From Nitrosopumilus sp. (GTDB lineage Archaea; Thermoproteota; Nitrososphaeria; Nitrososphaerales; Nitrosopumilaceae): a stretch of 64,000 bases of DNA. Shown in pieces: positions 51,774 through 62,752 of the stretch. The stretch lies in assembly GCA_965205675.1 (NCBI GenBank), contig OZ242186.1:544001-608000 (forward strand). The letters run 5' to 3'. A program made the position numbers and the translations under genes. Numbering within the stretch: the stretch's first letter is position 1; each line of letters opens with the position of its first letter. Under the pieces are notes generated by a model that was not told the origin of the DNA, made no database searches, and worked only from the letters and a program-made list of their open reading frames with translations.

Positions 51774-51968
51774 GATGAAAAAGAATTTTTGCAATCCCCT
51801 GAAGAAGTAGAACAATACATTCAGTTTGCAAATTGTATCAAATGTGGATTATGTAACTCTGCATGTCCTACCATGGCTACTGATTCTTCATTTGTTGGCC
51901 CTCAAGCACTGGCTCAAGCATATCGATATGTTGCTGATAGTAGAGATAAAGGAAAAGATTCTAGATGA
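51774..51968 (+). pseudogene. sdhB: Orphan internal fragment of succinate dehydrogenase Fe-S subunit
   Basis: DEKEFLQSPEEVEQYIQFANCIKCGLCNSACPTMATDSSFVGPQALAQAYRYVADSRD; no start, no 2Fe-2S domain. Confidence 0.85.
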
Positions 51969-52117
51969 TGGATTCAGAGATAATAAGTTTAAATGAACAC
52001 AAAAATTTGTTTTTAGCCCTTTAATTCTATTAAATGTTGTAATCTGATGATTCTTTTAAAAAATAACCAAGGTTTTGACGTTATACATATAATAATAATC
52101 GATGATGTTGTTGATTT

Positions 52118-53062
52118 ATGCAAACAGTACGCATTCCAAAAGTTATCAACTTTGGAGAAAATGCACTTGGTAAAACAGAGTATCCAAAAAATGCCCTAGT
52201 TGTCACAACCGTTCCTCCAGCGTTGTCTGACAAATGGTTGGCAAGAATGGGCATTCAGGACTACATGTTGTATGATCAAGTAAAACCTGAACCATCAATT
52301 GATGATGTCAATACTGTTATTTCACAATTCAAAGACAAAGATCCCTCCTGTCTTATTGGACTTGGTGGTGGAAGCTCGATGGATGTAGTAAAATACGCTG
52401 CACCTGAGATGAAAAAAGAAAAGATCTTAATTCCAACAACCTTTGGTACTGGAGCTGAAATGACTACCTATTGTGTTCTCAAGTTTGATGGTAAAAAGAA
52501 ATTGTTACATGAAGACAAATTTTTAGCAGACATGGCTGTAGTGGATTCATATTTTATGGATGGGACTCCAGAACAAGTTCTAAAAAATTCTGTCTGTGAT
52601 GCATGTGCTCAAGCTACTGAAGGTTACGATAGTAAACTTGGTAATGACTTGACAAGAACTCTCTGTAAACAAGCATTTGAGATTCTTTATGATGCAATTA
52701 TGAATGACAAGCCCGAAAAATACCCTTACGGTTCAATGTTATCTGGAATGGGATTCGGTAATTGTTCTACAACTCTAGGACATGCATTGTCATATGTGTT
52801 CTCAAATGAAGGTGTACCTCATGGATATTCATTATCTTCCTGTACTACCGTTGCACACAAGCATAACAATTCCATCTTCTATGATAGATTCAAGGAGGCT
52901 ATGGCAAAATTAGGCTTTGACAAACTAGAACTCAAAGCTGATGTTTCAGAAGCTGCAGATACCGTAATGACTGATAAAGGACATTTGGATCCAAATCCAA
53001 ATCCAATATCCAAAGACGATGTTGTAAAGTGTCTTGAAGATATCAAATCAGGCAATTTGTAA
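52118..53062 (+). CDS. Iron-containing alcohol dehydrogenase family; probable malonic/succinic semialdehyde reductase of the 3HP/4HB cycle
   Basis: GLGGGSSMDVVK, IPTTFGTGAEMT, GHALS..PHG; the functional call is recalled similarity to Nitrosopumilus enzymes. Confidence 0.8.
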   Translation: MQTVRIPKVINFGENALGKTEYPKNALVVTTVPPALSDKWLARMGIQDYMLYDQVKPEPSIDDVNTVISQFKDKDPSCLIGLGGGSSMDVVKYAAPEMKKEKILIPTTFGTGAEMTTYCVLKFDGKKKLLHEDKFLADMAVVDSYFMDGTPEQVLKNSVCDACAQATEGYDSKLGNDLTRTLCKQAFEILYDAIMNDKPEKYPYGSMLSGMGFGNCSTTLGHALSYVFSNEGVPHGYSLSSCTTVAHKHNNSIFYDRFKEAMAKLGFDKLELKADVSEAADTVMTDKGHLDPNPNPISKDDVVKCLEDIKSGNL

Positions 53063-53154
53063 AAAATTCAATATTTTTTACTTTTTTTCTATTTTTTTAT
53101 AAACTGCGAAATTGGTAGCTTGACTAAACTTTTTATTGTAATAATCCATCATAA

Positions 53155-54261
53155 ATGTACTTGGTTGATAAAAAATTAAAGTTTGGTATTCAAAATGGCT
53201 TAAATGTTGCAAGGGCCGGTTATACTGAAGATCAGATTTTGACAGCATGTATGCTAGCTGATAAAACCGGATATGATTCAATTTTCTATATGGACCATAC
53301 AAATGTGCCTCAGTGGAAAAATGCCACTGTCCTTGATCCTTGGGTTATGTTATCTGCAATTGCGGCTGTAACAAATAATGTTGAACTAGGAACATGTGTT
53401 ACTGATGCAATCAGGCGACATCCTTCTAATATTGCACTTGCTGCAATTACTTTGGATAGAGTTTCAAAAGGTAGGGCAATACTTGGAATTGGTGCAGGTG
53501 AAGCACAGAATCTAAAAGAATTTTGCATTCCATTTGAAAAACCTGTTTCAAAATGGGAAGAGCAGATTGAAACTATTCATACGTTATACAAATCAACTCC
53601 TGATAACACTGTTGATTACAAAGGAAAATATTATCAACTTGAAGGTGCATGCTTACAAGCCCCACCTATTAGAAAACCACATCCACCAACTTACATGGCA
53701 TCTGGTGGTAAACGCACCCTTGCATTAACTGGCAAACTGGGAGATGGTTGGCTGCCAATTGGATATACTCCTGAATTATTTGCAGATCACAAAAAGCAAA
53801 TTGAAGTTTCAATGGATGCCAATAACCGCACTCAAGAAGAAAAAGATAATTTTGAATTTGCTTTAGATATTGATGTTTATTTCTCTGAAGATGCAGAGGC
53901 GTCTTGGGCTAAAATGAAAGAGGCTGTAAAAGTTAGTCTATTCAAGCCTGAAGTCTTACGTGTTCATGGACTAAAAGAGATTGAAGGATTTGATTTTGTA
54001 AAATACTTTACAGAGTATTCAATGTCTGATCAAAGCTGGATTGTAAAAATGAGAGAGGCTGCAACTAAAATTCCAGATGCTATTGCACGTTCATCTACTG
54101 CAGTTGGCACTCCTGAAGATATCATTCCTACATTTGAAAGATTTATGGATGTTGGCGTGAATCACTTTGTGATTAGATTCTGGGGTAAGAATTACTTTGG
54201 TTCTATTGACAAGTTTGCAAGTCATGTAATGCCTGCCTTGCGTGAAAAAGCTAAACAATAG
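53155..54261 (+). CDS. LLM-class (probably F420-dependent) oxidoreductase
   Basis: GYDSIFYMDH, LDPWVMLSAIAA, LGTCVT, TLDRVSKGRAILGIGAG, GDGW. Confidence 0.9.
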   Translation: MYLVDKKLKFGIQNGLNVARAGYTEDQILTACMLADKTGYDSIFYMDHTNVPQWKNATVLDPWVMLSAIAAVTNNVELGTCVTDAIRRHPSNIALAAITLDRVSKGRAILGIGAGEAQNLKEFCIPFEKPVSKWEEQIETIHTLYKSTPDNTVDYKGKYYQLEGACLQAPPIRKPHPPTYMASGGKRTLALTGKLGDGWLPIGYTPELFADHKKQIEVSMDANNRTQEEKDNFEFALDIDVYFSEDAEASWAKMKEAVKVSLFKPEVLRVHGLKEIEGFDFVKYFTEYSMSDQSWIVKMREAATKIPDAIARSSTAVGTPEDIIPTFERFMDVGVNHFVIRFWGKNYFGSIDKFASHVMPALREKAKQ

Positions 54262-54316
54262 ACATTCTTTACTATAACATACAGCAAATCCTTTAGTTTA
54301 CCTTATTCTATGTATT

Positions 54317-54550
54317 ATGATGGATGACGATCTCACTGAATCAGTAAAAAAATGTCTTGATATTTTAGAAGAAAATGTGGACATTTTAGCTAATCTTGAA
54401 TATGATTTAGATGATAAAAAAGAAGATGAATTGATTGCTGATATGGAATTGCATGATCTCTATGATATGACTGAAGATGTTGCAGAATCTTCTAAATTAA
54501 AACGTGCAGAATCGAATTTTGCAAGACGACAAGCTGAAGATTCTTTATGA
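54317..54550 (+). CDS. Small acidic hypothetical protein
   Basis: 77 aa, D/E-rich. Confidence 0.55.
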   Translation: MMDDDLTESVKKCLDILEENVDILANLEYDLDDKKEDELIADMELHDLYDMTEDVAESSKLKRAESNFARRQAEDSL

Positions 54551-54967
54551 TTTATGCGGTCTTTTCTTTTTTGTAAATGATTTAGCTCTGCGTTTATTTT
54601 TTTGTTTTTCTAATCTTTTTCTTGTTCTTTCTGTTGCGTTAGTTGCACCTTGGATGATTTTTGTTTTACTTCCGTCTTTTAGCATTATCTGTTTGCCTTT
54701 AAATCTAAATTCAACATCTCTGCATTTGATATAGTATTTTTTAAGACAAAAAAAGATTCTATTATTTGTCCCATGCATTTCTTTGACTTCTTTTGATTTT
54801 TTTAATTCATTGAGAATGTTTCGTAATAGCCCCTTGTCGATATCTGTAATTCTATGTAATTCTCTAAACCAGATAAATTTTGATTTTGAACCCCATTCTT
54901 CTAAAAGATCTAATGTTATCTTGATGGCTTTTTCTCTTTCTTCGTCTATTTCAGACATCATTTCCAT
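54545..54967 (-). CDS. Putative winged-helix DNA-binding protein with basic tail
   Basis: IWFRELHRITDIDKGLLRNILNELKKSKEV pattern. Confidence 0.55.
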   Translation of the reverse strand: MEMMSEIDEEREKAIKITLDLLEEWGSKSKFIWFRELHRITDIDKGLLRNILNELKKSKEVKEMHGTNNRIFFCLKKYYIKCRDVEFRFKGKQIMLKDGSKTKIIQGATNATERTRKRLEKQKNKRRAKSFTKKKRPHKS

Positions 54968-55161
54968 TAAATTAATCCTAAATTTAGTAATTTACATTAA
55001 TAAAGAATTTGGATGATAAAAGTCAAATTTTAGAATGTTATTTACTTTTGATTATTTTTGTAACTATGATACATGGACACTGAATTTAAAACTGAATGTA
55101 ATGAATTAGAATGTAGAATATTGGAAATTAAGGCTATGGCTAAAGAATTAGATGAAGATGA

Positions 55162-55392
55162 CTAGAATTGTTTCTTTGTCTTTGATTTGAATTCTTTGAT
55201 TCTAGATTTTATCACTTTTATTGATTGCTTTTGATTATTTTCCATTTTGTTTGCGATTGAATCTATTTGTTTGATTATTTTTGTTTGTGATTCAGAAGAA
55301 TTTGTTTTTAGTAATTTTTTTTTCAATTTTTTTAGCTGATTTGAATACCCTTGAAAATCATTCCTTAACTCATTAAGATAAGGATCATCCAT
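55162..55392 (-). CDS. Hypothetical basic coiled-coil protein
   Basis: 76 aa ORF. Confidence 0.65.
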   Translation of the reverse strand: MDDPYLNELRNDFQGYSNQLKKLKKKLLKTNSSESQTKIIKQIDSIANKMENNQKQSIKVIKSRIKEFKSKTKKQF

Positions 55393-55468
55393 AATGATTT
55401 TTCATTTATCTCCTATTTTAGCGATTTCTATACTCTGGATTTATAATATTATTTTACTCAGTTAACTC

Positions 55469-56101
55469 ATGCAATTGACTGGAATTCTTCAAATTAAATC
55501 CTACGAGAAAATTAAAGAATTTTTACATAAAGAACACGTTGGTCGTGTAGCTAGCATTGATGAACGTGGTTTTCCTCAAATAATTCCAATGAATTTTGTA
55601 TTTCTTGATGATGCAGTTTACATGCATTCTCATGTAAAGGGTGAGAAGTTAGATAATATCTCCAGAAATAATCATGTGGGATTTGAGACAGACCGCGAAC
55701 TTGAATTTCTCCCATCCTATTTTCAAGATCCACATAATGCATCATTAGCTGATACGTTATACATCAGTGTAGTAATCAAAGGACTTGCCTCACTTGTATC
55801 TGATAGGGAAGAAAAAACACTTGCACTAAATGGCTTGATGAAAAAATATCAGCCTGAGGGACAATATGATCCGCTTTTATCTCATATGGGAGTTTTAGAT
55901 GCTGTAAGTGTGATCAAAATAACTCCTACATCACTTTATGGCAAATACAAAATTGGTCAGCACATGAGTTCTAATGATCGACTAAATTTAGCACAAAAAA
56001 TTTTCAAAAAAAATTCCCCATCTGCACATAATACATTAAAAATTATGGGTTTTGAAATAACTGAAACTGGTTTGAAAATGATAGACGAACCTACTTGGTA
56101 G
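55469..56101 (+). CDS. Pyridoxamine 5'-phosphate oxidase-like flavin-binding protein
   Basis: GRVASID..PQIIPMNFV, VYMHS..GEK, YISVVIKG, KYKIGQ. Confidence 0.85.
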   Translation: MQLTGILQIKSYEKIKEFLHKEHVGRVASIDERGFPQIIPMNFVFLDDAVYMHSHVKGEKLDNISRNNHVGFETDRELEFLPSYFQDPHNASLADTLYISVVIKGLASLVSDREEKTLALNGLMKKYQPEGQYDPLLSHMGVLDAVSVIKITPTSLYGKYKIGQHMSSNDRLNLAQKIFKKNSPSAHNTLKIMGFEITETGLKMIDEPTW

Positions 56102-56387
56102 GTTTATGAATTATCATTCGTTAATTTCTTGCCACATTCAAACTTTATTTTTTTTAGTTTTTTTCAATTTTTTTAAAATCTCATTTGTTTTTAACTTCAA
56201 CTCTATCCCTATTTTTTGTTGCATTTCTTTGAGTTCTTTTTTGGCCCCTTTGTCTATAATTACCACTATGACAGCGTGGTAATTTTACATCTAAAGTTAT
56301 ACTCAAATTCCCAAATTTGATACTTTATTGACTCGTTGTTTTTGTTTTGTAAACGTTAGCTATAAGTTCAGTTTTTTAGAATTGTTT

Positions 56388-58343
56388 ATGTTGGAACCTT
56401 TGTTAAAATTTGAACTAGTCTCTGACTATCTGCCTACTGGAGATCAACCCGAAGCTATAGATTCTTTGGTCAAAGGCGTCCAGAAAGGATCTGTTCAAAC
56501 ATTACTTGGTGTGACTGGAAGTGGTAAGACATTTTCTGTGGCAAATGTTATTGCAAGAACCGGCAAAAATACTCTGGTCATTTCTCATAACAAAACTCTT
56601 GCAGCACAACTGTATTCTGAACTCAAGCAGTTTTTCCCCAAAAATAATGTTGGATATTTTGTATCCTACTATGATTATTATCAACCTGAAAGTTATCTTC
56701 CACAAACAGATACCTATATTGAAAAAGATACTCAAATCAATGAAAAAATTGAAAAGTTAAGATTAGAAGCTACTGCAATGTTGCTTTCAGGAGAACCTAC
56801 AATTATTGTATCTACTGTATCTTGTATCTATTCTCTTGGTAATCCTCAAGATTGGGAGGATTTGGCAATTATTATCAACACTGGTGATGAAATTAAAAGA
56901 GATGAAATTATTCGAAGCTTTGTAGATGCTAGGTATGAAAGAAATGATACTGAAATAGCTCCTGGAAATTTTAGAGTCAAAGGCGACACCATTGATGTCA
57001 CTCCTGCGTATTCTGAAGATTTGATAAGAATTTCTATGTTTGGAGATGAAATAGAACAAATCATTGTTTTAGATCATGTTTCTTTAAAAGAAAAAAAGAA
57101 AATATTACAACTAAAAATTTTTCCTGCAAAACATTATCTTATTGCAAAAGATGTTCGTAAAAAAGCAGTCAAATCCATTCGTGATGAACTAAAAAAGCGA
57201 TTACCTGAATTAAATGAATTAGAAAAACAAAGACTTGAGATGAGAACAAAATATGATTTAGAAATGATTGAAGAATTGGGCTATTGTTCTGGAATTGAAA
57301 ATTATTCCAGACATTTTGATGGACGACAAGCTGGTGAGAAAGCATTCTGTTTGATGGATTTTTTTGGCGATGATTATATCTTAGTTATAGATGAGTCTCA
57401 TGTAACTTTGCCACAGCTTCATGGGATGTACAAAGGTGACTATTCCCGGAAAAATGAATTAGTTACATATGGATTTAGATTGCCAAGCGCATTTGATAAC
57501 CGTCCTCTAAAATTTGAAGAATTTGAACAATACATCAAAAATACTATTTTTGTATCTGCAACTCCTTCTGAATATGAGAAAAAAATTTCTTCACAAATTG
57601 CTGAACAACTGGTAAGACCTACTGGTTTACTTGATCCTCTAGTAGAGATTAGGTCTACAAAAGATCAAATGGATAATTTAATCCAAGAAATTAACAAAAG
57701 ATCTGCTAATTCTGAGCGTGTTTTAGTCACGACCTTGACCAAACGAATGGCTGAAGATCTTGCTGAATATCTTTCAAAAAAGCAAGTCAGAGTTAGGTAT
57801 ATGCATTCAGAAATAGATGGATTGCAGCGAACTGAGATTATTCGACAATTACGCTTAGGAGAATTTGATGTTCTTGTAGGGATTAATCTTTTGAGAGAGG
57901 GTCTTGATATTCCTGAAGTTTCTCTAGTTGCAATTTTAGATGCAGATAAGGAAGGCTTTTTAAGGAATTTTACTAGTTTGATTCAAACATGTGGCCGTGC
58001 TGCAAGAAATGTAAATGGCACTGTCATAATGTATGCTGATAACAACACTCAGTCAATGAAAAATGCCGTGAATGAAACTAAGCGTCGTAGAAGAAAACAA
58101 ATTAAGTATAATCAAGATCATGATATTATTCCAAAGACAATTATTAAATCAGTTCCTGATCAAGAAGTTGCATTAGATGATTCAAAACTAAAATCTACTC
58201 ATGATCTCACTACTGAAGTAATAGACTTGGAAGCACAAATGAAAAAATATTCTGAAGATTTAGATTTTGAATGTGCAATTGAATGTAGGGATAAAATAAA
58301 GAGAATAGAAAGGGAGATTAAATTTAAAAATGATCGAAAATAA
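56388..58343 (+). CDS. uvrB: Excinuclease ABC subunit B
   Basis: PTGDQP, GVTGSGKT, YYDYYQPE, DESH, GRAARN; likely start MLEPLL. Confidence 0.97.
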   Translation: MLEPLLKFELVSDYLPTGDQPEAIDSLVKGVQKGSVQTLLGVTGSGKTFSVANVIARTGKNTLVISHNKTLAAQLYSELKQFFPKNNVGYFVSYYDYYQPESYLPQTDTYIEKDTQINEKIEKLRLEATAMLLSGEPTIIVSTVSCIYSLGNPQDWEDLAIIINTGDEIKRDEIIRSFVDARYERNDTEIAPGNFRVKGDTIDVTPAYSEDLIRISMFGDEIEQIIVLDHVSLKEKKKILQLKIFPAKHYLIAKDVRKKAVKSIRDELKKRLPELNELEKQRLEMRTKYDLEMIEELGYCSGIENYSRHFDGRQAGEKAFCLMDFFGDDYILVIDESHVTLPQLHGMYKGDYSRKNELVTYGFRLPSAFDNRPLKFEEFEQYIKNTIFVSATPSEYEKKISSQIAEQLVRPTGLLDPLVEIRSTKDQMDNLIQEINKRSANSERVLVTTLTKRMAEDLAEYLSKKQVRVRYMHSEIDGLQRTEIIRQLRLGEFDVLVGINLLREGLDIPEVSLVAILDADKEGFLRNFTSLIQTCGRAARNVNGTVIMYADNNTQSMKNAVNETKRRRRKQIKYNQDHDIIPKTIIKSVPDQEVALDDSKLKSTHDLTTEVIDLEAQMKKYSEDLDFECAIECRDKIKRIEREIKFKNDRK

Positions 58344-61149
58344 GTTAAAAATTCGTGGAGCAAGACATCATAATCTAAAAAATTTAGATATCGACATTCC
58401 AAAAAATAAATTAATTGTTATTAGTGGATTATCTGGATCTGGTAAATCCACATTGGCATTTGATACAATATATGCAGAAGGTCAGAGACGTTACGTTGAA
58501 TCTCTTTCTGCTTATGCTCGTCAATTTTTAGAGATGATGGATAAACCTGATGTTGATTCTATCGAAGGTTTATCTCCTGCAATTTCAATCCAACAAAAAA
58601 CCACCAACAAAAATCCTCGTTCTACTGTGGGTACTACTACTGAAATTTATGATTACATGCGATTATTATTTGCTAGAATTGGAATTCCTTATTGTACTAA
58701 CTGTGGGCGTAAAGTTTCCACTCAGTCTATTGAACGAATATGTGATTCTGTACTCAAAGATTTTTCAGGGAAAAAAATCCTCATTTTATCTCCTATTGTT
58801 CAGAGAAAAAAAGGAACATATGAAAAATTATTTGAACAAATCAAAAAGGATGGGTATTCTAGAATACGCCTAAATGGTGAAATTTTGAGCCTAGATGATG
58901 AGATTTCTCCCCTTGATAGGCAAAAATGGCATAATATTGAGATTGTAGTTGATAGGATCACAACTGAAAAATCCGAAAGATCTCGACTCTTTGAAGCTGT
59001 GCAAACTGCAATCAAAGCATCCAAAGGAGATGTTATGATTGCTACTGAAAAATCCGAAAAAATTTTCTCACAAAATAATGCTTGTCCATATTGTGGATTG
59101 ACTGTAGGTGATTTAGAGCCTAGATCCTTTTCATTCAATTCTCCCTTTGGAATGTGTAAAACATGTAATGGTTTAGGGGTAAAGCTAGAATTTGATGCTG
59201 ATTTAGTAGTACCTGACAAAACAAAATCTATTTTGGATGGTGCTATTGTTCCATGGAGTGGTAGATTTTCTGCTTTTAGACGTCAGGCATTAAGAGCAGT
59301 TGGGAAAAAATTTGGTTTTGATTTAATGACTCCGTTTGATAAGATTAAATCAAAACATCTTCAAATAATTTTACATGGTACAGATGCCTTGATTGATTTT
59401 ACATACCGTTCAAAATCTGGTGACTCTTCTTGGAAATCTACTAATACATTTGAAGGCGTGTTAGTTAATTTACAGCGTACTTTTATGGAAACTGATTCTG
59501 AATCTAAAAGAGAATGGTTAAAGCAATTCATGAGAGATACTCCTTGTAATACATGTGATGGCAAAAAACTAAAACCAGAGTCACTTGCAGTTAAAATCCA
59601 TGAAAAAGGAATAATGGATGTTTGTGATATGTCTATTGATAATTGTTATGATTTTTTTTCTTCATTGAAATTAACTACTAATGAACAATACATTGCAAGG
59701 GATGTTTTAAAAGAAATTAAAGAACGTCTTGAATTTTTAATGAATGTTGGACTAAATTATCTTACACTAAATAGACTAAGTTCAACATTGTCTGGTGGAG
59801 AATCTCAAAGAATTCGACTGGCAACTCAGATTGGCTCTAATCTAACTGGTGTCTTGTATGTTCTTGATGAACCTACTATTGGATTGCATCAACGAGACAA
59901 CACTCGACTCATTAAAACGCTAAATAAGCTACGAAATCTTGGGAATACTGTCATAGTTGTAGAGCATGACGAAGAGGTTATCCTAAATTCGGATTGGATG
60001 GTGGATTTAGGACCTGGTGCGGGTGTTCATGGAGGAAATGTTGTTTTTGAAGGTACTGTGAATCAAATTCTTAAAGATACTAAATCTGTAACCGGAACAT
60101 ATCTGAAAAATAATTCTTTGATTAATTTAGATGACAAAATTCGTAAACGTTCTGGTTCTTTAACTATCAAGAAAGCTTCTGAAAATAATCTCAAAAATAT
60201 TGATGTTGAAATTCCTTTAGGTCTTTTTGTTTCTATAACTGGCGTATCTGGCTCTGGAAAGTCTACTTTGATTAACGATATTTTATTAAAATCATTAGAA
60301 AATCACTTTTACAAATCTAATGTTCGTCCTGGAATGCATAAGGATGTAATTGGATTAGAAAATATAGATAAGGTAATAGCAATTGATCAATCTCCTATTG
60401 GCAGAACTCCTCGCTCAAATCCTGCTACATATATTGGTGCTTTTACTCCTATTAGAGAACTTTATGCAAATACTGCATTATCAAAAGAACGTGGATATGC
60501 ACCTGGACAGTTTTCATTTAATGTAGCTGATGGCAGATGTTTTGCATGTGATGGTGATGGTGTTAAACAAATTGAAATGCAGTTTTTATCTGATGTTTAT
60601 GTAAAATGTGATGAGTGTAAAGGAAAGAGATACAATACTCAAACTTTATCTGTATTGTACAAGGGAAAAAATATTTCTGATATTTTAGATATGACTGTAT
60701 ATGAAGCACTAAATTTCTTTGAGAATGTTCCTGCAATTCAACGTAAATTACAAACAGTCTATGATGTTGGTTTAGGTTATATCAAACTCGGTCAATCATC
60801 TACCACTCTTTCTGGGGGTGAAGCTCAAAGAGTAAAACTTGCCTCTGAATTATCAAAACGAGGCACTGGAAAAACTCTATACATATTAGATGAACCTACT
60901 ACAGGCTTGCATTTTGCTGATGTTCAAAAATTACTTGATGTTCTTAATCGACTGGTAAATTTAGGAAATACTGTAGTTGTAATTGAGCATAATATGGATG
61001 TGATTAAAAATTCTGATTGGTTAATTGATCTTGGTCCTGAAGGTGGGGATGAAGGAGGCAAAGTGGTATCTATTGGAACTCCTAAAGATATAGCAAAAGC
61101 TCCTGGAAGTTATACCGGAAAATATCTGAAAAAATTACTGAAAAAATGA
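58330..61149 (+). CDS. uvrA: Excinuclease ABC subunit A
   Basis: Two ABC modules (GLSGSGKS, LSGGE, LDEPT) and Zn fingers. Confidence 0.97.
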   Translation: MIENKLKIRGARHHNLKNLDIDIPKNKLIVISGLSGSGKSTLAFDTIYAEGQRRYVESLSAYARQFLEMMDKPDVDSIEGLSPAISIQQKTTNKNPRSTVGTTTEIYDYMRLLFARIGIPYCTNCGRKVSTQSIERICDSVLKDFSGKKILILSPIVQRKKGTYEKLFEQIKKDGYSRIRLNGEILSLDDEISPLDRQKWHNIEIVVDRITTEKSERSRLFEAVQTAIKASKGDVMIATEKSEKIFSQNNACPYCGLTVGDLEPRSFSFNSPFGMCKTCNGLGVKLEFDADLVVPDKTKSILDGAIVPWSGRFSAFRRQALRAVGKKFGFDLMTPFDKIKSKHLQIILHGTDALIDFTYRSKSGDSSWKSTNTFEGVLVNLQRTFMETDSESKREWLKQFMRDTPCNTCDGKKLKPESLAVKIHEKGIMDVCDMSIDNCYDFFSSLKLTTNEQYIARDVLKEIKERLEFLMNVGLNYLTLNRLSSTLSGGESQRIRLATQIGSNLTGVLYVLDEPTIGLHQRDNTRLIKTLNKLRNLGNTVIVVEHDEEVILNSDWMVDLGPGAGVHGGNVVFEGTVNQILKDTKSVTGTYLKNNSLINLDDKIRKRSGSLTIKKASENNLKNIDVEIPLGLFVSITGVSGSGKSTLINDILLKSLENHFYKSNVRPGMHKDVIGLENIDKVIAIDQSPIGRTPRSNPATYIGAFTPIRELYANTALSKERGYAPGQFSFNVADGRCFACDGDGVKQIEMQFLSDVYVKCDECKGKRYNTQTLSVLYKGKNISDILDMTVYEALNFFENVPAIQRKLQTVYDVGLGYIKLGQSSTTLSGGEAQRVKLASELSKRGTGKTLYILDEPTTGLHFADVQKLLDVLNRLVNLGNTVVVIEHNMDVIKNSDWLIDLGPEGGDEGGKVVSIGTPKDIAKAPGSYTGKYLKKLLKK

Positions 61150-62732
61150 CTCTTAATATTTCAAAAATTACCATTCCTACTGATCCTGGAATTTATCTGA
61201 TGAAAGATGATGAAGGAATAATTATCTACATTGGAAAAGCCAAAAATCTAAAGAATCGCGTCAGAACATATTTCAATAAAAATCAGAATTACAAAACACA
61301 AAAACTTGTAGAAAATATCTCTGATATTGAATTTGTTCTAACTGATAATGAAAGTGAAGCTTTTCTTTTAGAATCAAATATGATCAAAAAACATCGTCCT
61401 AGATTTAATATCGAATTAAAAGATCAACAACGATATACATATCTTAGAATTTCTGATGAAAAATATCCCCGTTTATTGGTTTCAAGACGTACTAGAGATG
61501 GAAAATTTTTAGGCAAAGGAAAAACATTTGGTCCTTTCACACAAGGTAGTTCTAAACTACTCACTATTGGAACACTTCGTAAAGCATTCCAAATCAGAAT
61601 TTGTAAAACTTTACCAAAGAAGGTTTGTTTGGAATACCACCTTGGAAATTGTGAGGGTCCATGTGAATTCAAAGATGCACAAGATAGATACTCTAAACAT
61701 ATTGTATCATTACAAGATGTTCTAAAGGGAAAAAATCAGACCAAAGTTTTTACAAAAAAATTAGAAGAAGAAATGCAACAAGCTGCAGAATTACAACAAT
61801 TTGAGCGTGCAAAAGACATTCGTGATACTTTGACTCGGTTGGGAAGTCTTCAAACTAAACAAAAAATGGAATATGTTGAAAATTCTAATGAAGAATATTT
61901 TGGTATGGGCATTAAAGAGCAATCTGCCATTGTTATGAATTTTAGAATGATTAATGGTGTGATTAGAGATAGTGATAAATTCTTTTTTGATTTGGTAGGT
62001 GATAACTCTTTTTCAAATTTCTTATATCAATATTATTCCACACATAAAATTCCGAAATTTGTTCTAGTTAGTAAGCTTCCTGAAAATCACAAACTATTGG
62101 AATCTTTGTTTTCTGAACAGTCTGGACTTAATGTAAAGATTTTAGTTCCCACTAGAGGTAAGAAAAAAGATATCATTAATTTAATTTTAAAAAATATTGC
62201 ATTAATTCATTCAAAAGGAGGAGATCCTGGATTGGTAGAATTAAAAGAAATTCTAAATCTACCTGTTATCCCCAACATCATTGAATGTTTTGATATATCT
62301 AACCATGGTGAAGATTTTGCTGTGGGTTCAATGTCTAGATTTGTTGGAGGTATTCCTAATCGATCTGGCTATCGAAAATTCAAAATCAAAACAATTTCTG
62401 GAAGAGATGATTTTGCAATGATTGGAGAAATAATTAAGAGAAGGTATTACAGATTATTAGAAGAAAACTCTACGCTTCCTGATTTGATTGTAATTGATGG
62501 TGGTAAAGGACAACTCAGTGCTGCTATGTCTTCTTTAGAATCTTTGGGATTGGACTTGTCTTGTATTTCATTGGCAAAAGAAAATGAAGAAGTATATCTT
62601 CCAAAAAATAAAAATCCTATAATCATTTCAAAATACAAACCTTCTTTAAAAATTCTACAGTATGCTAGAGATGAAACTCATCGGTTTGGTGTTGCGTATA
62701 ATCGTACTATACAAAAAAACAAAATAGAATAA
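61146..62732 (+). CDS. uvrC: Excinuclease ABC subunit C (ends without the C-terminal HhH domain)
   Basis: PGIY..IYIGKAKNLKNRV, ECFDISN, IDGGKGQL, RDETHRF. Confidence 0.95.
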   Translation: MTLNISKITIPTDPGIYLMKDDEGIIIYIGKAKNLKNRVRTYFNKNQNYKTQKLVENISDIEFVLTDNESEAFLLESNMIKKHRPRFNIELKDQQRYTYLRISDEKYPRLLVSRRTRDGKFLGKGKTFGPFTQGSSKLLTIGTLRKAFQIRICKTLPKKVCLEYHLGNCEGPCEFKDAQDRYSKHIVSLQDVLKGKNQTKVFTKKLEEEMQQAAELQQFERAKDIRDTLTRLGSLQTKQKMEYVENSNEEYFGMGIKEQSAIVMNFRMINGVIRDSDKFFFDLVGDNSFSNFLYQYYSTHKIPKFVLVSKLPENHKLLESLFSEQSGLNVKILVPTRGKKKDIINLILKNIALIHSKGGDPGLVELKEILNLPVIPNIIECFDISNHGEDFAVGSMSRFVGGIPNRSGYRKFKIKTISGRDDFAMIGEIIKRRYYRLLEENSTLPDLIVIDGGKGQLSAAMSSLESLGLDLSCISLAKENEEVYLPKNKNPIIISKYKPSLKILQYARDETHRFGVAYNRTIQKNKIE

Positions 62733-62752
62733 GAAAAAAGGAAAAATTTTGG

